Part shown: piece by piece, positions 56,041 through 64,000 of the stretch
Layout: each line of letters starts with the position of its first letter
Position numbering within the stretch: the first letter of the stretch is position 1
DNA from: Candidatus Aldehydirespirator sp.
Lineage (GTDB): Bacteria; Actinomycetota; Acidimicrobiia; Acidimicrobiales; Aldehydirespiratoraceae
Length of the DNA: 64,000 bases
Assembly: GCA_965221215.1 (NCBI GenBank)
Contig: OZ244872.1
Span: forward strand, 1,867,601-1,931,600
Direction of reading: 5' to 3'
The notes under the pieces: generated by a model
The model's input: the letters and a program-made list of their open reading frames with translations, nothing else
What the model was told of the DNA's origin: nothing
Database searches by the model: none
Made by a program: the position numbers and the translations under genes

Positions 56041-57038
56041 GGCACGACGACTCGCTGGCCACGATCTTGCTCGTAAGCCGCCTCTGCACCGACGGGGTGC
56101 GACCGCTCAAGGCGTCAGAATACTGGAGCCTGCGCGATTGCAACCGCGCTGATGGGCGGCAACAGGCGGGCCCGGGATCGCTGCTTGGACGGGGCGCGGA
56201 TCAACTCGTGCGCGATCACGGTCTGCCCGAGGATCTTGGCGAGCGCATTGCTGAGCTCATGGACCGTGCCACGGCGGTTGCCTTCGAATTGGACCGACTG
56301 GAGCAGTCAGGCATCAAGACACTCACGGCGTTCGATCAGCACTACCCGCGTGCGTGGCTTGAGAGGCTCCGTGCCAAGGCACCGCCGCTGGTGCACGCCG
56401 CCGGCGCGCTCGAACTGCTCGATGCGCCCGGGCTGGGTGTGGTCGGCAGCCGCGACGTGTCCCAAGCAGGGGGCGAGGTGGCCATAGAGGTTGCTCGGCT
56501 CGCAGCATGTCGGGGCCTGCCGCTCACGTCGGGCGGCGCCTGCGGCGTCGACCAACTTGCCATGAATGCCGCCTTCGAGTCTGGCGGAGCCGTCGTCGGC
56601 ATGCTGGCCGAAGCGCTGTCGCGCAAGTTGAAGAGCCCCGACGTGCGAAGGGCCGTGTACGAGGGCAGCACGGTCATGTGCACGCCCTACAGTCCCAGTG
56701 CCCCCTTCAGCGCGGGCAACGCCATGGGTCGCAACAAGCTCATCTATGCGCAGGCTGCGCTCACGGTGGTTGTAGCGAGCGACGATGGGACTGGGGGTAC
56801 ATGGTCGGGCGCCGTCGAAGCCCTCAAGCACGGCTACGGGCCGGTCGCCGTGTGGCGAGGCGACGGGGAAGGTCCTGGCAACGATCCCCTTCAGCAGCGA
56901 GGCGCCCTGCCTGTGTCCAGCCTCGAAGACGTCGAGGCACTTCTTGAGGCCACCCAAGCACCATCAGCGGAATCGCCCCAGTCGCCGACGAGCACTGCCG
57001 AACAGCAGCCGCTGTTCGTCACGATGTCGCCCCTGTAG
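56037..57038 (+). CDS. DprA/Smf-like (SLOG-fold) protein
   Basis: GVVGSRDVSQAGGEVA..LTSGGACGVDQLAMNAA..GNAMGRNKLIYAQA..VVVASDDGTGGTWSGAVEAL. TTG start overlaps the RecQ-PRTase stop (TTGA). Confidence 0.75.
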   Translation: MRHDDSLATILLVSRLCTDGVRPLKASEYWSLRDCNRADGRQQAGPGSLLGRGADQLVRDHGLPEDLGERIAELMDRATAVAFELDRLEQSGIKTLTAFDQHYPRAWLERLRAKAPPLVHAAGALELLDAPGLGVVGSRDVSQAGGEVAIEVARLAACRGLPLTSGGACGVDQLAMNAAFESGGAVVGMLAEALSRKLKSPDVRRAVYEGSTVMCTPYSPSAPFSAGNAMGRNKLIYAQAALTVVVASDDGTGGTWSGAVEALKHGYGPVAVWRGDGEGPGNDPLQQRGALPVSSLEDVEALLEATQAPSAESPQSPTSTAEQQPLFVTMSPL

Positions 57039-57086
57039 TGCTGGGCCACGAGTGGGTCGGCGTCGCGTCGGCGACCTCACTGCTGG

Positions 57087-57524
57087 CTACTCGCGGTGGT
57101 GGGACTCTATGTTTGAGTCGAGGGTGTGGTAGTCGGCGGCGTCGTCTACGAAGATGGCCCACTCGGTGTGCAGGCCGGTGGGCAGGTCCATGGTGCCAGC
57201 GCAGATGGCAATGTGGTCGGTCTGGCGAGGTAGACCCTCCGCTACCTGCCAGAACAGTGAGCTTCCGCATTCTCGGCAGAAGCCGTAGGCCACGTTGGGA
57301 TCGTCGGCGGGGTGATGCCAGGCCAGGCTGGCATCGGACAGGAGCCTGAGGTCGGAGCGCTTGCATCCCGATCCAGCCATGTAGTGGCCGGTCCAGCGGC
57401 GGCAGCGCCAGCAATGGCAGTTCCAGACCTGGCGGATCGGGCCGTGCACCTCGTAGCTGACCGCGCCGCACAGGCAGTGGCCCGAGGGCGGCGAGTCTGG
57501 CTCCAACCGGGGGTTCTCGCTCAC
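57087..57524 (-). CDS. GFA/CENP-V family zinc-binding protein
   Basis: CLCGAVSYEV..WNCHCWRCRR..FCRECGSSLF. Confidence 0.8.
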   Translation of the reverse strand: MSENPRLEPDSPPSGHCLCGAVSYEVHGPIRQVWNCHCWRCRRWTGHYMAGSGCKRSDLRLLSDASLAWHHPADDPNVAYGFCRECGSSLFWQVAEGLPRQTDHIAICAGTMDLPTGLHTEWAIFVDDAADYHTLDSNIESHHRE

Positions 57525-57622
57525 GCCAGCACCTCCCTGTTCTGTGACCGGCAGCGGTAGGGTCGCGATTGTTGCACGGCCCGGGGCGCCTACGCTCTCG
57601 GCCCGAGTTGCGGAGGGTGATC

Positions 57623-59350
57623 ATGGCAGAGCGCGAACGCTGCTACGACTATGTGATCGTGGGCGGGGGCTCAGCCGGCTGCGCCCTCGCCAACCGGCTC
57701 AGCGCCGACCCTGGCACCTCGGTGCTCGTGCTGGAGGCGGGCCGGCGGGACTGGCGCTTCGACGTGTACATCCATATGCCGGCGGCGCTGTCGTTTCCCA
57801 TCGGCAACCGCTTCTACGACTGGCAGTACAGCTCCGAGCCCGAGCCCCACATGGGCGGCCGCCGCGTTTACCACGCCCGCGGCAAAGTGCTGGGCGGATC
57901 ATCGAGCATCAACGGCATGATCTTCCAGCGGGGCAATCCCCTCGACTACGAGCGCTGGGCCGCCGATGAGGGGATGCAGCGCTGGGACTATGCCCACTGC
58001 CTGCCCTACTTCAAGCGCATGGAACTCTGCCTGGCCGGCGACGACCCGAGCGGCCCCGGCCCCGACCGAGACCCCCGAACCGAGGATCCCGCCGATTCGG
58101 GCGGCGACCACCACGTCGCGGGCGGCGGCGTCTACCGGGGCGACCGGGGTCCGCTGGTGCTGGAGCGAGGTCCGGCCGCCAACCCGCTGTTCGAGGCCTT
58201 CCTGGCCGCCACCGAGCAGGCCGGCCACCCCCGCACCGCCGACGTGAACGGCTACCGCCAGGAGGGTTTCGCCGCCTTCGACCGCAACGTCCACCGGGGC
58301 CGGCGCCTCAGCGCGTCGCGGGCCTATCTGCACCCGGTGCTCGACCGGCCCAACCTCACCCTCGTCACCCGGGCCCTCACCACCAGGATCATCTTCGAGG
58401 GCAACCGGGCGGTGGGTGCGGCCTACACCAAGGCCGGCCGCAGCCGCACGGTGCGAGCCGGCGAGGTGATCTGCTGCGGCGGCGCCATCAACTCGCCGCA
58501 GCTTCTGCAGCTCAGCGGCGTCGGCCCGGCCGGGCTGCTGCACCGCCACGGCATCGACGTGGTGGCCGACGTGCCCGCGGTCGGCGCCAACATGCAGGAC
58601 CACCTGGAGGTGTATATCCAGTACGCCTGCAAGCAGCCGGTGTCGATGCAGCCCAACCTGGCCAAGTGGCGGCATCCCTGGATCGGTCTGCAGTGGCTGG
58701 CCCGCCGCGGCCCGGCGGCCACCAACCACTTCGAGGCGGGCGGCTTCATCCGCAGCAACGACGAGGTCGCCTACCCCAACCTCATGTTCCACTTCCTGCC
58801 CATCGCCATCCGCTACGACGGCTCCACGCCCGCCGGCGGCCACGGCTACCAGGTGCATGTCGGGCCGATGTACAGCAACTCGCGGGGGACGGTGGCCATC
58901 GTGTCGGACGACCCCCGAACCAAGCCCGCGCTGCGCTTCAACTACCTGTCCACCGACGAGGACCGCCGCGAGTGGGTGGAGGCCGTCCGCCACGCCCGCC
59001 ACATCCTCACCCAGCCGGCCATGGACCCGTTCAACGGCGGCGAGGTGTCGCCCGGACCCGGAGTCGGCACCGACGAGGAGATCCTCGACTGGGTGAGACG
59101 CGACGCCGAGACCGCCCTGCACCCGTCGTGCACCGCCCGCATGGGCCTCGGCGACGACTCGGCGCTGCACCCCGACTCGCTCGAGGTCCACGGCACCAGG
59201 GGCCTGCGGGTGGTGGACGCCTCGTCAATGCCGTATGTGACCAACGGCAATATCTACGCGCCGGTGATGATGCTGGCCGAGAAGGCCGCCGACCTGATCC
59301 TGGGCAACACCCCGCCAGCTCCCGAGCCGGTGGACTTCTACCGGGTGTGA
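57623..59350 (+). CDS. GMC-family oxidoreductase (choline dehydrogenase-like)
   Basis: [34 protein letters not shown]-terminal HPSCTARMG. Trimmed to the ATG at 57623. Confidence 0.85.
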   Translation: MAERERCYDYVIVGGGSAGCALANRLSADPGTSVLVLEAGRRDWRFDVYIHMPAALSFPIGNRFYDWQYSSEPEPHMGGRRVYHARGKVLGGSSSINGMIFQRGNPLDYERWAADEGMQRWDYAHCLPYFKRMELCLAGDDPSGPGPDRDPRTEDPADSGGDHHVAGGGVYRGDRGPLVLERGPAANPLFEAFLAATEQAGHPRTADVNGYRQEGFAAFDRNVHRGRRLSASRAYLHPVLDRPNLTLVTRALTTRIIFEGNRAVGAAYTKAGRSRTVRAGEVICCGGAINSPQLLQLSGVGPAGLLHRHGIDVVADVPAVGANMQDHLEVYIQYACKQPVSMQPNLAKWRHPWIGLQWLARRGPAATNHFEAGGFIRSNDEVAYPNLMFHFLPIAIRYDGSTPAGGHGYQVHVGPMYSNSRGTVAIVSDDPRTKPALRFNYLSTDEDRREWVEAVRHARHILTQPAMDPFNGGEVSPGPGVGTDEEILDWVRRDAETALHPSCTARMGLGDDSALHPDSLEVHGTRGLRVVDASSMPYVTNGNIYAPVMMLAEKAADLILGNTPPAPEPVDFYRV

Positions 59351-59364
59351 CCTAAATCACACCC
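59343..59364 (+). terminator. Perfect 8-bp hairpin spanning the GMC oxidoreductase stop codon
   Basis: GGGTGTGA-CCTAAA-TCACACCC. No strong T-tract. Confidence 0.35.
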
Positions 59365-59460
59365 GCTTTGACCCTTGATTCCTTGCAATCCACACCCGTG
59401 ACCGAGACAATTCTCCATAGCGCCGAGACGCGGCGCACGCAGCGCAAAGGAGGACTGCAA

Positions 59461-59610
59461 ATGCGTTCCATTCCCCTGAGCAACGCCAGAGTCGGTGCCA
59501 ACTCTGTGTGGCGCGACGCGCTGGGACCCGGCTATGCCGTGGGCGCAGCCGAGAGCTTGTTGCGGGTTACCGGCGACGCCGCCGCCCGCCCCTACCGGAG
59601 CAGCCGCTGA
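59461..59610 (+). CDS. Small ORF (49 aa) with a strong Shine-Dalgarno sequence, function unknown
   Basis: AAAGGAGG is 6 nt before the ATG. MRSIPLSNARVGANSVWRDALGPGYAVGAAESLLRVTGDAAARPYRSSR. Followed by the hairpin GAGGGG-TGCGAG-CCCCTC at 59638..59655. Confidence 0.35.
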   Translation: MRSIPLSNARVGANSVWRDALGPGYAVGAAESLLRVTGDAAARPYRSSR

Positions 59611-59774
59611 CTCAGTAGTCGCACAAGACGAATCCCCGAGGGGTGCGAGCCCCTCATCTGATCTCGAGGCCCCGCCGGTATTGGCAATCCCCCAGCCGAT
59701 ACGGCGAGGGCCTCGACGCGTCGCCCCGTCCCACCCGGTGGATGCCGTTGTTGTGCTCGGATCTCACGGGCCGC

Positions 59775-60584
59775 TCAGGCCGCGGCCTCGCTCTGCTCGG
59801 CCTGTAGGGCCGCGGCGATGGCCTTGCGCACCGCGATGGGACTCTCGACCTGCATGAAGTGGCCCACCCGGTCGAGATACACGGCGGGTCCGAAGGCTTC
59901 GATCATGCCGGCCGCCGCCCGATTGGGCGTCATCTTGTCCTCGCGGCCCAGCACGAGCGTGACCGGACACTGCACCCTGGCCGCGGCCGCCTCGGCGCCG
60001 TCGTAGGCGTTGCAGGCGGCCAGATCGCGGGCCAGCACTCCCTCGGGGGCCCGGTCCAGCAGCGAAGTGTTGCCGCCGATCAGCCACATGCCCGGCGAGG
60101 CGTGCCCGCCGGTGTGGGCTCGGCTGCCGATGCCCCACGAGGTGATGAGTCGCCCGGCCACCGGGTCGTCGGCATCGGCGGCCGATTGCAGGGCGGGATG
60201 CACGGGCATGGCCCCGGCGGTGCCGAGAAGCACCAGCGACCGGACCGCCTCAGGCCGCCGCGCGGCCGCCTCTAGCGCCACGAACGTGCCCATCGAGTGC
60301 CCCACCAGGTGCGCGGGCGCCAGGCCCAGGGCCTCGGTGGCGCCGGCCAGCCACTCGCCCATCTCGCCGATGCCGGCCAGCGCGGGGCCCTCGCTGCCGC
60401 CGTGTCCGGGCAGGTCGACCGCGGCGGCCCGGTAGCCGTGGTGCGCGATCCAGCGGGTCTGGAGTTGCCAGACCGTGCGGTCGCCGCCCGAGCCGTGCAC
60501 CAGCACCACTGCGGGCTCGTCTCCGTCGATGCTGCGGCCCCCGGTGGCGCAGCGCACCACCTTCCCGTCGATCAGCGCCTCCAC
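59775..60584 (-). CDS. Alpha/beta hydrolase
   Basis: VVLVHGSGGD, nucleophile elbow GHSMGT. Confidence 0.8.
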   Translation of the reverse strand: MEALIDGKVVRCATGGRSIDGDEPAVVLVHGSGGDRTVWQLQTRWIAHHGYRAAAVDLPGHGGSEGPALAGIGEMGEWLAGATEALGLAPAHLVGHSMGTFVALEAAARRPEAVRSLVLLGTAGAMPVHPALQSAADADDPVAGRLITSWGIGSRAHTGGHASPGMWLIGGNTSLLDRAPEGVLARDLAACNAYDGAEAAAARVQCPVTLVLGREDKMTPNRAAAGMIEAFGPAVYLDRVGHFMQVESPIAVRKAIAAALQAEQSEAAA

Positions 60585-60686
60585 TGTCAGCCGATCCTGT
60601 CGGGCGTGTCCCTCGTCAGCGCCTCAGAGCAGCGCCCCAGGGTCGCTTCGCAGAGCAGGCCCATCGAACTTGAACCGTGACCCTCG

Positions 60687-61979
60687 TCAGCGTTGCGAGG
60701 CCTTGAGGGCCCGCTCCAAGTCCTCGATGATGTCGCGGGGATCCTCCAACCCGACCGAGAGCCGCACGAGGTCCTCCCCCACCCCGGCCGCGGCCAGATC
60801 GGTGGCCGACATCTGCTGGTGGGTGGTGCTGGCCGGGTGGATCACCAGCGTCTTGGCGTCGCCCACGTTGGCCAGATGGGAGGCCAGCCGGACCGCGGCG
60901 ATGAACTTGGCCCCCGCGTCGCGGCCCCCGGCGATGCCGAAGCTCAAGATGGCCCCGGTTCCCCTCGGGTAGAGCCGGCGGGCCAGGCCGTGGTCGGGAT
61001 GGTCCGGCATGGACGGATATTTGACCCAGGTGACCGCGTCGTTGGCGGCCAGCGCCTCGACCACCGCCTCGGTGTTGGACACATGGCGCTGCATCCTCAG
61101 CGGCAGCGTCTCGACGCCCTGAAGGATCTGGAAGGCGTTGGCCGGGCTCATGCAGGCGCCGAAGTCGCGCAGCCCCTCGGCTCGGGCCCGGCTGATGAAG
61201 GCGCCGGGGCCGAACTCGTCGCTGAAGCTGATGCCGTGGTAGCCGGCGTAGGGCTCGGTGATGGTTGCGAACAGCCCCGAGGCGTCCCAGTCGAAGTGGC
61301 CGCCGTCCACGAGCATGCCGCCGAGGGCCACACCGTGGCCGCCCAGGAACTTGGTGGCCGAGTGCATCACGATGTCGGCGCCGTGCTCGAAGGGCCGGAT
61401 CAGGTACGGAGTGGAGAAGGTGGCGTCCACCATCAGCGGCAGGCGGTGACGGTGGGCGACGTCGGCCACCGCGGCGATGTCGAGCACCTCGATGCCGGGA
61501 TTGCCGAGGGTCTCGGCGAAGACGAGGCGGGTGTCGTCGCCGATGGCGGCCTCGAACTCGTCGGGCCGGCGGGGGTCCACCAGCGTGGCGGTGATGCCGA
61601 ACCGGGGCAGGGTCAGGTTGAGCATGTTGTGGGTGCCGCCGTAGATGTTGCGGCTGGCCACGATGTGTCCGCCGGTGTCCATGAGGGTGGCCACGGCCAG
61701 GAAGAAGGCGGCCTGCCCGCTGGCGGTGGCCACCGCTCCCACCCCGCCCTCTAGAGCCGCTACCCGCTCCTCGAGCACGGCCACGGTGGGGTTGGAGATC
61801 CGAGAATAGATGTGGCCGGGGATCTCGAGGTTGAACAGCCCGGCCGCGTGGTCGGTGTCCTCGAAGGAATACGAGGTGGTGAAGTAGATGGGCACGGCCC
61901 GCGCCCCGGTGGCGGGGTCGCTGTGCTGGCCGGCGTGGAGGCTGAGGGTGTCGAAGCGAAGGAAGTCAGGCTCTACCAC
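60687..61979 (-). CDS. metY: O-acetylhomoserine/O-acetylserine sulfhydrylase (PLP-dependent)
   Basis: [21 protein letters not shown] (PLP lysine), [15 protein letters not shown]. Confidence 0.85.
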   Translation of the reverse strand: MVEPDFLRFDTLSLHAGQHSDPATGARAVPIYFTTSYSFEDTDHAAGLFNLEIPGHIYSRISNPTVAVLEERVAALEGGVGAVATASGQAAFFLAVATLMDTGGHIVASRNIYGGTHNMLNLTLPRFGITATLVDPRRPDEFEAAIGDDTRLVFAETLGNPGIEVLDIAAVADVAHRHRLPLMVDATFSTPYLIRPFEHGADIVMHSATKFLGGHGVALGGMLVDGGHFDWDASGLFATITEPYAGYHGISFSDEFGPGAFISRARAEGLRDFGACMSPANAFQILQGVETLPLRMQRHVSNTEAVVEALAANDAVTWVKYPSMPDHPDHGLARRLYPRGTGAILSFGIAGGRDAGAKFIAAVRLASHLANVGDAKTLVIHPASTTHQQMSATDLAAAGVGEDLVRLSVGLEDPRDIIEDLERALKASQR

Positions 61980-61991
61980 ACCGCGAGCCTA

Positions 61992-62143
61992 GAGGCCGAG
62001 CGAATAGGTGAGCGATTCCGGTCCATACGGGCGAGGCCGTGGGCTGTGATGCCCGGGGTTTGGGCGGCCCGTGGGCGCAGCGAACAAGAGCGGGAAAGAC
62101 CCCGCCGCGACGCGACCGGCTCTGGCCCATTTGCGCGCCCTCC
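61992..62143 (+). repeat. MITE/REP-like element, copy E (long variant)
   Basis: GAGGCCGAGCGAATAGGTGAGCGATTCCGGTCCATACGGGCGAGGCCGTGGGCTGTGATGCCCGGGGTTTGGGCGGCCCGTGGGCGCAGCGAACAAGAGCGGGAAAGACCCC..GCGCGCCCTCC. Confidence 0.8.
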
Positions 62144-62205
62144 TAGGTGTTCTGAGCGCAGAAGGTTGCAGCAGCGTGACGGAGTGGCCCAACTAGGCTC
62201 GCACG

Positions 62206-62994
62206 GTGCAGGCGGAGGCAGTGGCGGCGGCCCGCCAACTGGTCGACTCGGCCCAGCGGGTGACCGTGCTCACCGGGGCTGGCGTCTCCACCGACAGCGG
62301 CCTGCCCGACTTCCGCGGACCGAAGGGCCTGTGGACGCGTGACCCGGCAGCCGAGCGAGCCTCGAACATCGATGTCTACGTGTCAGATCCCGAGGTCCGC
62401 CGCAGCAACTGGGCCCGCCGGGCCTCCGGGGCGCTGTGGGCCGAAGTCGAGCCCAACCGGGGCCACGAGGCGCTGGTCCACCTCGAGCGGCGGCGCAAGC
62501 TCCATCTGCTCATCACCCAGAACGTGGACGAGCTCCACCAGCGGGCTGGCAGCGACCCCGCGCTGGTGGTGGAGATCCACGGCACCACCCGCAAGGTGCA
62601 GTGCCTGTCGTGCGAATACCGCGACGACATGGCGGTGGCCCTCGAGCGGGTGCGCGCCGGCGAGGAGGATCCCGACTGCCCGCGCTGCGGATGGCTCCTG
62701 AAGTCGGCCACCGTGTCGTTCGGCCAGAGCCTCAACCCCCTCGACCTGGCCCGGGCCGAGCGGGCCGCCCTCGAATGCGACCTGTTCCTGGCGGTGGGCA
62801 CTACCCTGGCCGTGTCGCCCATCAACATGACCGCGCCGGTGGCCGTGCAGTCGGGGGCCCGCCTGGTGATCGTGAACGGCGAGCCGACCGAGTTCGATGC
62901 CCTGGCCGACGTGCTGGTGGGCGGCTCCATCAGCGAGGTCCTGCCCGCCATCTGCGGCCTGGACGCTCGGCCTCTTGTTGACAGGTTCTTGTGA
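62206..62994 (+). CDS. NAD-dependent protein deacylase (Sir2 family)
   Basis: VLTGAGVSTDSGLPDFRGPKGLW, QNVDELH, zinc ribbon CLSC..CPRC. Confidence 0.85.
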   Translation: MQAEAVAAARQLVDSAQRVTVLTGAGVSTDSGLPDFRGPKGLWTRDPAAERASNIDVYVSDPEVRRSNWARRASGALWAEVEPNRGHEALVHLERRRKLHLLITQNVDELHQRAGSDPALVVEIHGTTRKVQCLSCEYRDDMAVALERVRAGEEDPDCPRCGWLLKSATVSFGQSLNPLDLARAERAALECDLFLAVGTTLAVSPINMTAPVAVQSGARLVIVNGEPTEFDALADVLVGGSISEVLPAICGLDARPLVDRFL

Positions 62995-63085
62995 TCTCAA
63001 TACGGTCAGAAGCAGCCGTCTTCCGGCTGATTTGCAACCGAGGCGCTCCCGGCGCCCGCCACTATTGGAGTATTGGAGAAACATC

Positions 63086-63739
63086 ATGACTGCGCCTGTC
63101 AACCTCCCACCGACCATCGCCAACTCCGAGGTGATCACGCTGATCCCGTGGCTCGACCAGCGCGTCGACGCCTTCGGCCACGATCCGAGATCGACCTACG
63201 TCGAGCAGTTCTGGCTGGCCACGCTGGGACCGGCCACCACCTGGTTCCTGCGCCATTGCGCCGATCTGCTCGACGAGGTGGCCAGCACGGCCGTCAACCT
63301 GCGGGAGACGGCCAGCGCCCTCGGAATCGGCCACGAGGGCGGCGCCCGCAGCGCCATGGCCCGCACGGTGGGCCGAGCCTGCCGGTTCCGGGCGGCCCGG
63401 TCGGTGGGATCAAACACCCTGGCCGTCCGCCTCCGGCTGCCCCAGCTCAGCCGCCGCCAGCTGAATCGACTGCCCAAGCCGGTGCAGCGACGCCACACCG
63501 AGTTCCTGGAGAACTATCTGTGCCCGGACATCGTGGTTCGACAGCAGCCGCGGGCCCGGCGGCTGGCCTCGGGGCTGATCGAGTGCGGCGACACCATCAG
63601 CGAGGCCGAGCGGCAGCTGGCCGGCATGGAGTTCCATCCCGCCGTGATCGCCGAAGCGGTGCAGTGGGCCTGGTGCCTGCACCACGGCCCGACCCTGGAC
63701 TCGGCAATGCCTGCTGAGAGCGAGCCCAACTTGGTGTGA
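63086..63739 (+). CDS. Hypothetical protein (217 aa)
   Basis: ORF trimmed to the ATG at 63086. No motif recognised. Confidence 0.45.
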   Translation: MTAPVNLPPTIANSEVITLIPWLDQRVDAFGHDPRSTYVEQFWLATLGPATTWFLRHCADLLDEVASTAVNLRETASALGIGHEGGARSAMARTVGRACRFRAARSVGSNTLAVRLRLPQLSRRQLNRLPKPVQRRHTEFLENYLCPDIVVRQQPRARRLASGLIECGDTISEAERQLAGMEFHPAVIAEAVQWAWCLHHGPTLDSAMPAESEPNLV

Positions 63740-63776
63740 TCCGGCCGGCTCGCTCGGCCTCTCTAGCTCGGCCTCT

Positions 63777-64000
63777 CTAGCGGGCCGCGTTGAACGTGGA
63801 GGCCAGCTCCACCAGGGTGCGCACCCCGAAACCGGTGCCACCCTTGGCGATCTCGCCGTCGTGGGACTCGGCCCGGGCCGGGCCGGCGATGTCGAGGTGC
63901 ACCCAGGGAATGTCGTCGGCCACGAACTGCTGCAGAATCAGTCCCGCGGTCAGCGCGCCGCCATGGTTGCCGCCGATGTTCTTCATGTCGGCCACGTTGG
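63777..64000 (-). CDS. pepA: Leucyl aminopeptidase (M17), C-terminal part; 5' end beyond the window
   Basis: ..NIGGNHGGALTAGLILQQF..WVHLDIAGPA..GGTGFGVRTLVELA. Confidence 0.75.
   Translation of the reverse strand, partial: NVADMKNIGGNHGGALTAGLILQQFVADDIPWVHLDIAGPARAESHDGEIAKGGTGFGVRTLVELASTFNAAR

Noticed and set aside
61980-62205. Possible SAM riboswitch upstream of metY
   Set aside because: Most of the spacer is occupied by a copy of the five-member repeat family, which also occurs next to unrelated genes. No SAM-riboswitch-like conserved core was recognised.
1-64000. CRISPR arrays, rRNA and tRNA genes, integrase/att sites bounding the left island
   Set aside because: No regularly spaced short repeats and no cloverleaf-like or rRNA-like sequence were noticed on reading. 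The left island boundary lies outside the window, and no direct repeats were found at the right boundary (~17.85 kb). This was visual inspection only, not a tRNAscan or cmsearch run.

Overview
High-GC (by eye about 65-70%) chromosomal segment that looks actinobacterial: it has a mycothiol-type DinB/TIGR03083-like enzyme, GTG/TTG starts and many 4-bp start/stop overlaps. No rRNA, tRNA or CRISPR array was recognised.

**1..~17.9 kb: accessory, defence-type island.**
- It carries three DNA methyltransferases: a C5 Dcm, a DUF1156-type DPPY enzyme, and an SPPY beta-class enzyme with a C-terminal extension.
- It also carries a Dcm-coupled double GHKL / histidine-kinase-like ATPase, an SNF2 helicase with a DUF3883-like tail, a PIN toxin, and several orphan ORFs in a lower-GC core.
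- Two near-identical 1443-bp IS256-family elements, both with target-site duplications, have precisely disrupted the helicase and the small gene upstream of the PIN toxin.

**Remainder: mostly housekeeping or metabolic.**
- Genes include a Mo-hydroxylase operon, cupins, an MFS transporter, a Ski2-like helicase, sulfite reductase with siroheme synthesis, an Opp/Dpp ABC system with two tandem binding proteins, flotillin/NfeD, ribokinase, a GMC oxidoreductase, MetY, Sir2 and PepA.
- Small accessory islets interrupt this: vapBC; a translationally coupled pair of a 130-aa basic protein and a degenerate ImmA-like protein; an XRE-ImmA plus PIN-like module with a decayed paralogous remnant nearby; and a frameshifted RecQ-PRTase fusion coupled to a DprA-like gene.
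- A ~100-160-bp MITE/REP-like element with imperfect terminal inverted repeats occurs five times in intergenic spacers.

All functional calls rest on motifs read from the translations. No database search was run.
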